Shown: positions 1 to 13,000, numbered from the stretch's first letter. The stretch is 64,000 nt of DNA from Mobula hypostoma (GCF_963921235.1 NC_086106.1:65286001-65350000); one strand, 5' to 3'. Numbers and translations are program-made. Notes: generated by a model not told the origin, from the letters alone.

Positions 1-2619
1 CTTCTTTCTAAACATATTTATTGTCAAATCATGTTTCAAACATAAATGCAGAGGTAGAGTCAGTCAGCTTTCCTTAATACTGTGTATCATGTAAACTGTG
101 TATGAGTAATCTTGAAGTCAAATTCATTCAAAGCATGGAAGCCAACTCTATTCAATTAAAAAAAAACATTTCTGCTTCTAGCTTCAATGGGATCAGTTGG
201 CTTTTGAAAGTTGCACGAAAAGTTAGAAGTGACTGCACATTCCTTACCAAAGCTACCTCTAAAAATCAATCCAACACACAATTGTAACTAGTTGACAAAC
301 ATGTTGAAATACCCAGCCATCTCAACTTAATTCAAATCAATTCAGCAACCTTGAGATTGTTTCCCTCTCTGACAATGCTACCTGACCTACTGAACATTTT
401 CACCATTCCGTTTTTATTTCAGCTTTCCTATGTCTACATTTTTTTTTGTTTTCTCTTTTACAACTGAAGTAATTGAAGAAGGGTGGAAGGACCCATGTAC
501 CTTCATGGTAAAGTCAGACTATGAAGTACAACATCAGACATTTCATTATCAAAGCACCACACATTGTGATTTCAATCAAACAAACAAGTTACTAATATGC
601 AGCAAACTGACACATGAAAAGTAAAGTCACGTCAAATATATATATCTTGCAATTCTCGAAAATGTAGCGGAATTAGTTCGCGTTCAATTGCTTTTTATCC
701 CCTCGACCAGGTTCAGAAATGCCATTCAATTTACCCACTGTGTGGCGCTAGTGAAGTTAATTTCCTGAGTCCTTCCCAACTGTTCAAGGCTTGTATTATC
801 ATAAAGGAGTTTTAGACAGATTCAATTAAATAATTATGTAAACTACTTAATTATAATTCTTTATTTAACATAAATTGTTGCAATATGTAAAATACTATTA
901 ACTCTCTGCACATGTACCTGGAGTGTCAGAACAACAAGTCATGTCCCTCAAAACTGTAATAGTGGTTGTTCACTGTTCATATCGACCCTTCAGAGAGCAG
1001 ACCGAACAAATGTCGCTGTATAAGTATTAGAGAAACACGTGTACTTTTATTCCCCCCACCCCCACCCACCCCATCAGCCCATGAGGATTGCAATGTAAAT
1101 GTCGGGAATTGTACTTACAGGACAACGCACAGATGAGACGTTATGCGGACCTGAGGAAATTCACACTGCACGGCCACTACCGATTCAGAAAACAAATTGT
1201 TAATGCCAAGAGCGCTCCCACACTGCCCCGGTTCACAATGCACTTTGCAGTCTGATGTCCAGGGTGAATGTCTCAGTTTACACATGTGCATTTGCTTTCT
1301 GTTTGACTAACCAGGTCGCATTGCATTCGGATACTTTCACTGTAATTACTCACAACTCATATGTGCCGAAATTGAGCAGCAACGGCGCTCCATTTGAAGG
1401 AGCTTTTTTTTCATAAGATGCGTGCTCATTTGAGGGTTTCCTTAAGAAAAATATTGTCCTCTTTTCATTTATGAAAACCCTTGCTTCGATTCTCCCGGCA
1501 GCTGCAGTGACAAAAGTAGCCAAATCATTCTGGCTGCATATTTACTATTACATAGCGGCAAAAGACAGCGAAACATCCTAGTTAGTCCTCCCCGGGGTAA
1601 CACCATTCGGCTGATGTGCTGTTGTCTTGTCGTCTGTCGTTGAATGATTTAATATGAAACCCATTACAACGTTGATAATTTTACCTGAATCTTTCCTCCA
1701 TTTCAATTTACCTGAGGGATTTTTAATAGCATTGAATCTCATTCAGACCGTATTCTGGTACTCAATCAAATATTACAGGCGCCACTTCAGTTTTATTGAT
1801 CACGAGTTCCGACTGACTCAACCACAAAAAGCTATCAAAGAACTCCGCATATATATTAACAACGTAAATAAACTCACTGGGTTTCGTAAAAAAAAAACTT
1901 GCTGAATCATTTCGGTTGCAACTCTCACAGTGGGTCTAATCCAAGTGAACCATTCGTTGGGATTAAAAAAAAACATATCTTGACATTTCTATCTGGGGAT
2001 TTCTATCTGCGGCTCTTCAGTGACTTTACAAGAAATCGCGGAGGGTAGAGGACGGGTTTCTTTCAGAAGCTGGAGCAGAATGTCGACATTAGGGATTCCG
2101 ACTTCAAAATTAATTGTCTTATTCTCTCGCCTGTGCAAGGGGTAATACATAAACACCGCCACTACCCCAATTCTACACCTCCCACACACAAAATCATATC
2201 CTGCTCAAGATTAATGTTCCAGAAATCCGAATTCAGAGACGCGCCAGTAAGCATTTAATGTGGTTGTAAGTTGGAAAGAGATGTCTGTCTTGAATTTGTC
2301 TGGTTTGAAGTCCAATAATATGAATATTTGCAGCTCAGGGGGCGATTAGAAAACGCCGCCACTGCTCTTAACACAGGTTATAATTGCAATATTTAAACGC
2401 GGCAGTTGTACTGGTATTCACAAATTAATTTTTCCAATCACATCCATGTTAATCGCCAATTCTCAGTCATTTAATGAGACTGCAAAAGTCTATCAGGCAA
2501 CGGAAAAGGGGGGTTTCATTCGATTTTTTTTTGTTTTCTTTTGAAGAAGTAGCCTTTAAACCGCCGTTTGAAGAACAATTGTGTCCAATGTTCAGTTATC
2601 TGCAACTTGATTTATTTTG

Positions 2620-2845
2620 CTTTTACACATACATACGCAAGCGCACGCTGGGACTCTTAAACATGCGTTCTCACGTACACACATGTATGCACTTACACAC
2701 TCACAAACACTAATACCGTTCGCGCTCGCGCGCGCGCACGCGCGCGTATCTACCCTCCTACACAGTGAAAGAAAATTGCCTTTACCACACACTCACTCTC
2801 TTTCTTACACACAGATTCACGCTCTCTTTCACACTCAGACACGCA
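2620..2845. repeat. Degenerate (CA)n/(CG)n simple repeat with a 23-bp alternating purine-pyrimidine core (2727-2749)
   Basis: cgcgcgcgcgcacgcgcgcgtat within CA-rich low-complexity sequence. Confidence 0.8.
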
Positions 2846-3516
2846 TCTCCAAGGCTCCACCTTCCGTGATGGAATCATAGGAGTGGCGGCTTACCCTCTC
2901 AGCTCCCGAAATTGTTGAAAAGAACTTGTCAATTTGAAGCTGTCAATCAAGCGCTGCCCTCGTCTCTCATTGGCTGGAGCTAGCCTGGTCCCGGGACTCA
3001 GCCGCGCCAAGCAGAATCGCCACTCTTCAGTTGCACTTTGCAATCGCAGCGTTGTGAGGTCGGACCCGCGGCAGCCGGGAGTTGCAGCTCCCTGCTCAAG
3101 CTGCTTAGATGTTCGAAGAATGCATTATCTAAAATAAACTTCGATCGGAATAAAACAGCTCGGGCTGGGATCTGAATCCAAATTAAACCTCTTGCCGCAG
3201 CATGCAACCTCTTTGTAGATCTGCAGATCTGGACACGGTTGGGTGCTGAAGTGAGTTCTGCACGAATTGGAACAAGGTTTTCTGCGCACACCAGTTTCTG
3301 GAGCTTCCAGCGGGAAACCCACGCGATCGGCTTCATTTTCTTAAAGACTTTATTGAGGATAATTGCAAGGTGAACAGAAGGTTGTGCGTGCGTCTGTGTG
3401 TATGTTCGTTTATTACTTTTGTGCTGGGATGGTGAGGATTTGAGTGTCGCTTCCATCATGCCCGAGTCTCGAAGCTGTTTGTGATGAATCCGGAATTCAA
3501 CAAGTACCGGTCGGGC
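2700..3516 (+). promoter_or_regulatory. CpG-rich promoter / 5' UTR of PCDH19
   Basis: CpG density rises from ~2.7 kb and stays high to ~5.1 kb. Contains CTGTCAATCA (2940-2949; PBX-PREP/MEIS decamer TGATTGACAG on the - strand), ATTGG (2969-2973; CCAAT box) and an Inr-like TTCAGT around 3029. Confidence 0.65.
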
Positions 3517-5973
3517 ATGGATTTGATGCTGCTGCTAGTTCTGCTCTTTTGGGCTCGGGCCGCTGCTGTCATTAATTTGAAATATTCGGTGGTGGAAGAG
3601 GAGAGAGCCGGGACGGTTATCGGAAACGTAGCAAAAGACGCCGGCTTCTCAACTTGGAAGCAGCCGGTGCCTCTCTTCCGCGTCTTGTCCAACTCGGCGC
3701 CGCATCTGGTGGAGATCAATCCGTCGAGCGGTTTACTGGTGACCAAGCAGAAGATCGACCGGGACCCGCTATGCGGACTGAACCCCAAGTGCGTGATCTC
3801 GCTGGAGGAGATGATCAACTCCATGGAGATCTGTGTAATCAAAGTGGAGATCCTGGACATCAACGACAACTCGCCCACCTTCCCCACTGAGCAAATCGAT
3901 CTGGAAATCTCAGAGACGGCCAGTCCAGGCACCAGGATCCCCCTGGAGAGTGCTTACGACCCCGACTCCGGAGATTTCGGAGTGCAGACTTACGAGATAA
4001 CGCCCAACGATTTGTTCGGGCTGGAAATCAAGAGCCGGGGAGACGGTTCTCGCTTCGCCGAGCTGGTGGTGGAGAAAGCGCTGGACAGGGAGGTCCAGTC
4101 TCATTACAGCTACATGATCACGGCTCTGGACGGGGGTAAGCCCCCGAATTTGGGTACGGCCCAACTCAACATCAAAGTCATCGACTCGAACGACAACTAC
4201 CCGGTGTTTGAGCAGACTGCTTATACGGTGAACGTGCTGGAGAACGCACCGGTTAACTCGCTCGTTATCGACTTGAACGCTTCGGACCCGGACGAGGGAA
4301 CTAACGGAGAGATCGTCTATTCGTTCAACAGTTACGTGTCGGACAAGACCAGGCAACTTTTCAAATTGGAACCCCGAACCGGAGCCATCACAGTGAAGGG
4401 CAACATCGACTACGAAGAGGGCAGTATCTACGAGATCGACGTGCAGGCGAAAGACCTGGGACCCAATTCGATCCCGGCCCATTGCAAGGTGACGGTGAAC
4501 GTGGTGGATGTGAACGACAATGTCCCCGTTATCACTTTATTTTCGGTTAGCAGCGAGACGGTGGAGGTGAGTGAAGCCGCCCCTCCCGGCTATGTGATCG
4601 GCCTGGTCCGCGTTTCCGACCGGGACTCTGGCGCTAACGGCAGGGTACAGTGCAAACTTTTAGGCGATGTCCCCTTCAAACTGCAGGAGTACGAAAGTTT
4701 TTACACCATTCTGGTGGACGGAAGGTTGGACCGAGAGCAGAGGGACCTGTACAACCTTACTATCCTGGCGAAAGACGGCGGCTCCCCCTCGCTTCAGTCC
4801 ACCAAGTCGTTCACGGTCAGGATTACAGATGAAAACGACAACCCCCCTCACTTCACCAAACCCTTTTACCAGGTCAGTGTTCGGGAAAACAACACCCCGG
4901 GCTCGCACCTCCTCTCCGTGTCCGCCAGGGACGTGGATTTGGGGTTGAACGGAAGCGTATCCTACCAGATTATCCCGTCGCAGGTGAAGGACATGCCCGT
5001 CTTCACCTACGTGTCCATTAATCCCAACTCGGGGGACGTGTATGCACTGAGGTCCTTCAATTACGAGCAGACCAGGTCATTCGAATTTAAGGTTATGGCT
5101 AAGGACGGGGGTAACCCCCCGCTGGAAAGTAACACTACGGTGAAGGTGTTTGTATTGGATGTTAATGACAATGTCCCCATTATAACTGCGCCGCCTTTGG
5201 TTAATGGTACGACGGATGTCTACATCCCGAGAAACGTAGGCTCTGGCTACTTGGTGACAGTGGTCAAAGCTGATGATTATGATGAAGGTGACAACGGCCG
5301 CTTGACATACGGCATTGTGGATGGCGACCGAGGCTTCTTCGAGATGGACCAGACAAGTGGAGAAATCAGAACCACTAGAAGTTTCGGGGAGGGGGCTGAG
5401 ACCAACTATGAACTGATCGTGGTGGCGCAGGACCATGGCAAGTCTGCCCTCTCCGCCACTGCGCTGATCGCCGTCTATCTTTCACCTGCTTTAGATGCCC
5501 AGGAATCGACTGGGTCCTTGAATTTATCCTTAATCTTTATAATCGCCTTGGGCTCCATTGCTGCAATCCTCTTTGTGACCATGATCTTTGTAGCAGTCAA
5601 ATGCAAGCGAGACAACAAGGAGATCAGGACGTACAACTGCAGAGTGGCAGAGTACTCTTATGGACAGCAGAAGAAACCGAAGAAAAAGAGTAAGATCAAC
5701 AAGAACGATATCAGGCTGGTGCCCAGAGACATAGAGGAGACTGACAAAATGAATGTGGTCAGCTGTTCTTCCCTCTCCTCTTCCCTGAACTACTTCGACT
5801 ACCACCAGCAAACTTTGCCCTTGGGTTGCCGCAGGTCGGAGGCTACCTTTCTAAATGTGGAGAATCAAAATTCCAGGAACGCCAGTGGGAACCACGTGTA
5901 CCATACTTTCACCAATACCCAGAGCTCTCAACAACAGCCAGACCTCATCATCAACGGGATGCCGCTTCCAGAG
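3517..5973 (+). CDS. PCDH19: Protocadherin-19, first coding exon (signal peptide, EC1-EC6, transmembrane helix, proximal cytoplasmic domain); CDS continues beyond the window after splicing
   Basis: ORF 3481-5994 closely matches PCDH19 as I know it ([126 protein letters not shown]). Cadherin DRE/DxNDN/DxD motifs are repeated six times. The ATG at 3517 (ggcATGG) precedes a hydrophobic signal peptide; an in-frame ATG at 3484 is an alternative start. The exon ends at GAG|GTGAGT (5973/5974). Confidence 0.96.
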
Positions 5974-5979
5974 GTGAGT
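5971..5979 (+). other. PCDH19: 5' splice donor GAG|GTGAGT (phase 0)
   Basis: Consensus donor directly after ...GMPLPE, the position of an exon boundary in human PCDH19; homology stops here. Confidence 0.9.
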
Positions 5980-7041
5980 GCTTCTAAGAATTGATTTTGC
6001 ATTCAAGCCCAGAATTGGTACTTGGCTATTGATGCGGTCTCTAACTGATAGCTCGATCAGTTTCACTACATCCACTGAGATGCAATATTGACAAGGAGAT
6101 AAGTGCTGGGAGGAAATACAATTCCACAAAGAAAATGTAAGCTGGACCTAGATTTTCTTTTAAAAATGCATATTTTTTAAAAAGTTATTTATATAGGGGG
6201 TCAGTGATTAACTAGCTTAGTAAAGCTGACCTCAAACAAGTGTTGGAGAAGAGAATGTTTCAGATTTTGTGTTACAGGTTATTGATTTCTCTGAAAGTCC
6301 AACTCAGCGTTAAAAGCTGAGAAGATCTGCATTCTACTTTTCAGTTGAACTGCCCATTCTTTACTGGACATACTGCATTAGTATGAAGCGTGGGGTGGGT
6401 GAAACAGCAGGGCTGATGTAAAAGGCTGTCTGCACAAAGCTTCAATTGACTGAAAGCTGCAACAATATGTTATACTTCTGCTATTCCACCATCAGGGTGG
6501 CTAAAGAGAAGTTTGTGAACCATGCTGGGATCAGTAACATCATTGCTGCTGAAAATACACAAACTTAAGCATTCTCCTTGTTGTACAACCGTGATCCTTT
6601 GGCAGGTCATTTTAAAGCTTGCCTTGAGAAAATTGGAGCAAGGGAGCTAGGCCCTAAATGTAAAATGAAACAGATAACACAGCAATGAAGAGGTTGAAAG
6701 TTTTTGAAACATTAAACAGGACTTGATAGTCATTTTGTGAAATAAGTACAGATAAACATCAAAAACAAGCTGAGAGAATTGGGAAAAATCAGGAATTAAA
6801 AATGTTTGCACCAGGAGGAAACATTTTAATGCATCAGCAAGAGTACAGTAAGACAAGCTGATTAGTTTCATCTCCTTTCCCAAAGAAAACAAAAGAAAGA
6901 GTGATTTGTGTGAAAGTCTCCTTGAGCTGTAAAAATTCAACTGATAAAAGGAAGTAAATCCTGAGAGCTTTAAAGTAAGAATAGCTTCAAAACAAAGACA
7001 ACATCAATCAGAAGTAGTGGGAAATCAATGATGACATTATA

Positions 7042-7857
7042 CAGTGGATTTCAGTTAATTGGGACACATTGGGACCAGTACATTTTGACCCAATTAAGCA
7101 GCTGCCCCAATTACCCTAAATTTCATGGAAATAGTTAAAAAGGTATGACAAAGACAAACTACTGCAGTAACAAATTGTGTTTTTAAATGAAATACAGAAT
7201 AAATTAGAACACTACTAAAAATATAAAACTGTGTATGAATTCCTAGTAGTTATTGATGGAGGAATTCATTCAGTGTATGCTGATGTTTTCTTTTGATTGA
7301 CTGTAAATAAACAAAATCAGTGCAGACACCTCGTGCAGATTGTAGACTACCTTCAAACAGAACTTTGGATGATTGCATCCTCCAAATCTTCATTTTGATT
7401 TTAACTCTCAAGATAATTGTCGATACCTCCAAATTATTTGTAGTTCCTAACTTGCTGAAGTAGTGAAACCATTTCATTTTCATTCCCGGCCGTTTCTGGC
7501 ATCTCCAAACCTAAATGCCTGAAATTGCACTGAGTAAAACAGTTCTGAATTGTCTTACTGTTTATTACAGATGTTTACCTGTACTTACTGACAAAAGCCA
7601 CTGCTTTTGAAACACGAGCATGCAAGTAAGACTTTGTAAGACTATTTATTCTAAAAGCATGGTGTAATATCTAATGGCCACAGAATGTGCACATGATTGA
7701 TGATAGTTAAAAAATGTTTGGCAGCAGTCTCCTGCCCCGCTCAAGCGGCATATTGTCCCAAATAAACGAAGGGAATCCCAACTATTTTCTTGATTAGTTT
7801 TTGTTCATTAAAAGTTGTCCCAAATAAGCGACATTCCCAATTAACTGGAATCCAATG
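7042..7857 (-). mobile_element. Non-autonomous Tc1/mariner-superfamily (Tigger/pogo-type) DNA transposon
   Basis: Terminal inverted repeats CAGTGGATTTCAGTTAATTGGG ... CCCAATTAACTGGAATCCAATG, flanked by TA at 7040-7041 and 7858-7859. Subterminal (G/T)CCCAA(A/T)TAAGC repeats. Transposase C-terminus-like remnant on the - strand. Confidence 0.85.
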
Positions 7858-9120
7858 TATTTAGAAAATAAATCAGAAATTTTATTTAAAATGGATATCC
7901 TTGTCTTATGTTAGCAGCTGATCTTATACACAGACTTACTTAAAGCATCCTGGGCTGTTAGACTTCTGAAATTCTTTTTCTCTTTTATTGAAAAGAACAA
8001 AGAACTGCCTACAGTAAAGGAGTGATAAGGACATGTACAGAATAGATGCTTAATTGCTTAAGAATGGATTGCTTATGGTTATTGTTCCATCAGTATTTGA
8101 CTGGTTACTCAAGCACTCCCGACTGCACATCCTGTTTCTGCACAAGTTGCTGAAAGAGAAACTTACAACTGGTCGTAAAGGGTGGATACTTCTATCACTG
8201 GTTTGCCCAAGGAAATCTTTGTAGTTTGTGTCTATAGAATAATGATTTTTACTCACAAACTTTACCTCACACTGAGCTTCAATTCTAGTTCAGTGCATGT
8301 GCCCTCGTTTATCCTCCATATGAAGGCACTCATCACAGCAGTGCACGCCAGTTAAATAATTGATTGAAAACTCAATTTTTTTCTTCAGGCAGAAGGAATA
8401 GTTGAATGCAATAAATATTTGTGGCAAAGTACAATTTTACTTGTTTGCCCATCAACTGCCCAGATTTAAAACAAAAGCAGAATTTTAAAAAAAATCATGT
8501 TGTGTATTATAGAAGAAACTAAGCATCTATTGTACCTCGGTAGCTTGCATATAATTGATGTGCTCCATAATTAAATGGATATGAAAAATATCACAGTCAA
8601 GCTCAAAAGGTCATGTTTTATGATAGTATGTTTCATTCAGCATGGCAGGTGCTATATTCTGAATTTTTCTTATATTGTAAATATCTTGAGATAGTGTCAC
8701 TGAATATCTATAGTTACGATTAGTTTGTGTACTTCGTTGCACATCATTGAACATTATCTCTCCACCATCCCATCCGCACTAAATACAAGTTTGAATTAGC
8801 ATTGCGGATGTGCTAGCTCTTGGCATCAACAGGAAAAACAGTGCATGTAGAACTGTGGCAGCATAGTCAACAGGACTGGCCCCTGTGTGGCTCCAGTAGC
8901 TGCTTTGATATGAGTGTCAGTCTATTTTATCTTGATCTGTCGTGACCACAATGGGTAAAGGAAGGCACATTTGATTTTAATATTCTGTGACGTTTTGTGA
9001 TGACTATTGCTCGGACTATATATTTCCATTAAGTGGATAGATTTTTTTTTAGGTGCCCGTAAGAAAAATATATCAGAAATTAATAAACACAAAAGATTTT
9101 GCAGAACATAGACATCTAGG

Positions 9121-10005
9121 GCAAAACACATAAAGCGCTGAAGGAACTCAGTAGGTCAAGCAGCATCTATGGAGGAAAATAAACAGTCCACGTTTCAGGC
9201 CGATACCCTTCATCCGTACGGGAAAGGAATGGGGAAAAGGGAGGGAATGAAGTGCAAACTGGCAGGATGAAACCAGGTGAGGAGGAAGGCGGGTGGGTGG
9301 GGGAGAGGAGATGAAACAGAAACTGGGAGGTGATAGCTGGAAGAGGTGAAGGGCTGAGGAAGAAGGAACATGATAGGAGAGGACAGTGGAACGTGAGAGA
9401 AAGTGAAAGAGGACTGATACCAGAGGGAGGCGATGGGTAGATGAGGAGAAGAGAAGTGGTGAGAAGGGAATCAGAATGAAGAATGGAAGAGAGAAGGGGG
9501 AGGGTGAGAGAAATTACAGGACGTTTGAGAAATCAATGTTCATGCCATCAAGTTGGAGGCAACCCGGATGGAATATGAGGCATTGCTCCTCTAATGTGAA
9601 TGTGGCTTCATCATGGCAGTAGAGGGCATCATAGACATGCATTTTGGAATAGAATAGGAAGTCAAATTGAAATGGGTGGCCACTGGGAATTACCGCTTTC
9701 TGTGGCAGACGGAGTGAAGGTGCAAAACAATATGGTCTCCTCTCTGCATCGGATCTCACTGTTACAGAGGAGGTCACACGAGGAGCACCAGATACAACAG
9801 AGAACCTCAACCAGACTCGCAGGTGAAGTTTGGCCTCATTTGGAAGGATTGTTTGGATCCTTGATAGTGGTGAGGGAGCAGGCATAGGGACAGGTGTGGA
9901 ACTTGTCTCACATGCGAGGATAATTACCACAAGGGGAGGGTCACATGGATAAAGGAGTCACATAAAGAGTGATCACTAGAGCAATTGGAGGGCGAGGGAA
10001 AGACG
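9121..10005 (-). mobile_element. Penelope-like element, 3' part (decayed GIY-YIG endonuclease, 3' UTR, terminal repeat with damaged hammerhead)
   Basis: The - strand encodes ...LYCHDEATFTLEEQCLIFHPGCLQLDGMNIDFSN, homologous to the ORFs at 25900 and 48083. The terminus matches other PLE ends in the window. Confidence 0.85.
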
Positions 10006-10009
10006 TGCT

Positions 10010-13000
10010 CCAAGTAGTCATTCTAGGTAAGTGACACTTCACCTGCAAGACTGGTGGGATCATCTATTGTGTCTGGTGCTCCCGGTGTGGCCTACTCTGC
10101 ATAAGTGATACTGATTGGGTTGGGGGACCACTTTGTCAAGCACCTTCACTCTGTCTGCTACAAAAGGCAGGATCTCCTAGTGGCTACCCATTTCAATTTG
10201 ACTTTACTTTCCCATTCTAATAAGTCTTTCCATTGCCTCCTCTATTGGCACATAGTCCTCATATTCCATGTGGTTAGCCTCCAATGTGGTGGCAACAAGT
10301 TCTCTAACTTACGGTAATTTCTCCCCTCTTCCTCCTTCTCTCTTACCATTTCCCATGCTGGTTCCCCTCTCACCTCTTCTCACCTACCCATCACTTCTCT
10401 CTGGGGCCCCTCCTCCATCCCTGTCTTCCATATGGCCCCTGTTCATTTTCCTTCAGCCCTTCACCTTTTCCACCTATCAACCTCCAGCTTCTTAGTTCAT
10501 TCCCCTCCACCCACTCTCCTCCTCACATATCACTGCTAACCACCCACTCTGCTCCTCACATATCACCTGCTAACACCCACTCTCCTCCTCATATCACCTG
10601 CTAACCACCCACTCTCCTCCTCACATATCACCTGCTAACCACCCACTCTCCTCCTCACATATGACCTTCTAACCACCCACTCTCCTCCTCATATCACCTG
10701 CTAACCACCCACTCTGCTCCTCACATATCACCTGCTAACCACCCACTCTCCTCCTCACATATCACCTGCTAACACCCACTCTGCTCCTCACATATCACCT
10801 GCTAACCACCCACTCTCCTCTTCACATATCACCTGCTAACCACCCACTCTCCTCCTCACATATCACCTGCTAACACCGACTCTCCTCTTCACATATCACC
10901 TGCTAACCACCCACTCTCCTCTTCACATATCACCTGCTAACACCCACTCTGCTCCTCACATATCACCTGCTAACACACACTCTCCTCCTCACATATCACC
11001 TGCTAACACCCACTCTCCTCCTCACATATCACCTGCTAACCATCCACTCTCCTCTTCACATATCACCTGCTAACACCCACTCTCCTCCTCACATATCACC
11101 TGCTAACACACACTCTCCTCCTCACATATCACCTGCTAACCACCCACTCTCCTCCTCACATATCACCTGCTAACCACCCACTCTCCTCCTCACATATCAC
11201 CTGCTAACCACCCACTCTCCTTCTCATATCACCTGCTAACACCCACTCTCCTCCTCACATATATCCTGCTAACACTCACTCTCCTCCTCACATATCACCT
11301 GCTAACACCCACTCTCCTCCTCACATATCACCTGCTAACCACCCACTCTCCTCCTCAGATATCACCTGCTAACACCCACTCTCCTCCTCACATATCACCT
11401 GCTAACCACCCACTCTCCTCCTCAGATATCACCTGCTAACACCCACTCTCCTCCTCATATCACCTGCTAACACCCACTCTCCTCCTCACATATCACCTGC
11501 TAACCACCCATTCTCCTTCTCATATCACCTGCTAACCACCCACTCTCCTCCTCATATCACCTGCTAACCACCCACTCTGCTCCTCACATATCACCTGCTA
11601 ACCATCCACTCTCCTCCTCACATATCACCTGCTAACACCCACTCTCCTCCTCATATCACCTGCTAACCACCCACTCTCCTCCTCACATATCACCTGCTAA
11701 CACTTACTCTCCTCCTCATATCACCTGCTAACACCCACTCTCCTCCTCACATATCACCTGCTAACGCCCACTCTCCTCCTCACATATCACCTGCTAACAC
11801 CCACTCTCCTCCTCATATCACCTGCTAACACTCACTCTCCTTCTCATATCACCTGCTAACCATCCACTCTCCTCCTCACATATCACCTGCTAACACCCAC
11901 TCTCCTCCTCATATCACCTGCTAACCATCCACTCTCCTCCTCACATATCACCTGCTAACCACCAACTCTCCTCCTCATATCACCTGCTAACCATCCACTC
12001 TCCTCCTCACATATCACCTGCTAACCACCCACTCTCCTCCTCACATATCACCTGCTAACCATCCACTCTCCTCCTCACATATCACCTGCTAACACCCACT
12101 CTCCTCCTCACATATCACCTGCTAACACCCACTCTCCTCCTCACATATCACCTGCTAACCATCCACTCTCCTCCTCACATATCACCTGCTAACCACCCAC
12201 TCTCCTCCTCACATATCACCTGCTAACACCCACTCTCCTCCTCATATCACCTGCTAACCACCCACTCTCCTCCTCACATATCACCTGCTAACACTTACTC
12301 TCCTCCTCATATCACCTGCTAACACCCACTCTCCTCCTCACATATCACCTGCTAACGCCCACTCTCCTCCTCACATATCACCTGCTAACACCCACTCTCC
12401 TCCTCATATCACCTGCTAACACTCACTCTCCTTCTCATATCACCTGCTAACCATCCACTCTCCTCCTCACATATCACCTGCTAACACCCACTCTCCTCCT
12501 CATATCACCTGCTAACCATCCACTCTCCTCCTCACATATCACCTGCTAACCACCCACTCTCCTCCTCATATCACCTGCTAACCATCCACTCTCCTCCTCA
12601 CATATCACCTGCTAACCACCCACTCTCCTCCTCACATATCACCTGCTAACCATCCACTCTCCTCCTCACATATCACCTGCTAACACCCACTCTCCTCCTC
12701 ACATTATCACCTGCTAACACCCACTCTCCTCCTCACATATCACCTGCTAACCATCCACTCTCCTCCTCACATATCACCTGCTAACCACCCACTCTCCTCC
12801 TCATATCACCTGCTAACACCCACTCTCCTCCTCCTCACATATCACCTGCTAACACTTACTCTCCTCCTCACATATCACCTGCTAACCACCCACTCTCCTC
12901 CTCACATATCACCTGCTAGCCACCCACTCTCCTCCTCACATATCACCTGCTAACACCCACTCTCCTCCTAACATATCACCTGCTAACCATCCACTCTCCT

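Noticed and set aside
3217-3230. 14-bp perfect palindrome AGATCTGCAGATCT in the 5' leader
   Set aside because: Short, and I could not assign any function or context to it.
3481-3483. GTG start given by the ORF track
   Set aside because: Prokaryote-style call; ATG 3517 (or 3484) fits the signal peptide and Kozak context.
3456-6129. Antisense and alternate-frame ORFs over the PCDH19 exon
   Set aside because: Expected shadows of a GC3-rich coding sequence; no recognisable domains.
8375-8420. ttttttcttcag acceptor-like site as next PCDH19 exon
   Set aside because: The downstream peptide (AEGIVECNK) does not resemble the expected TENYSFDSNY sequence.
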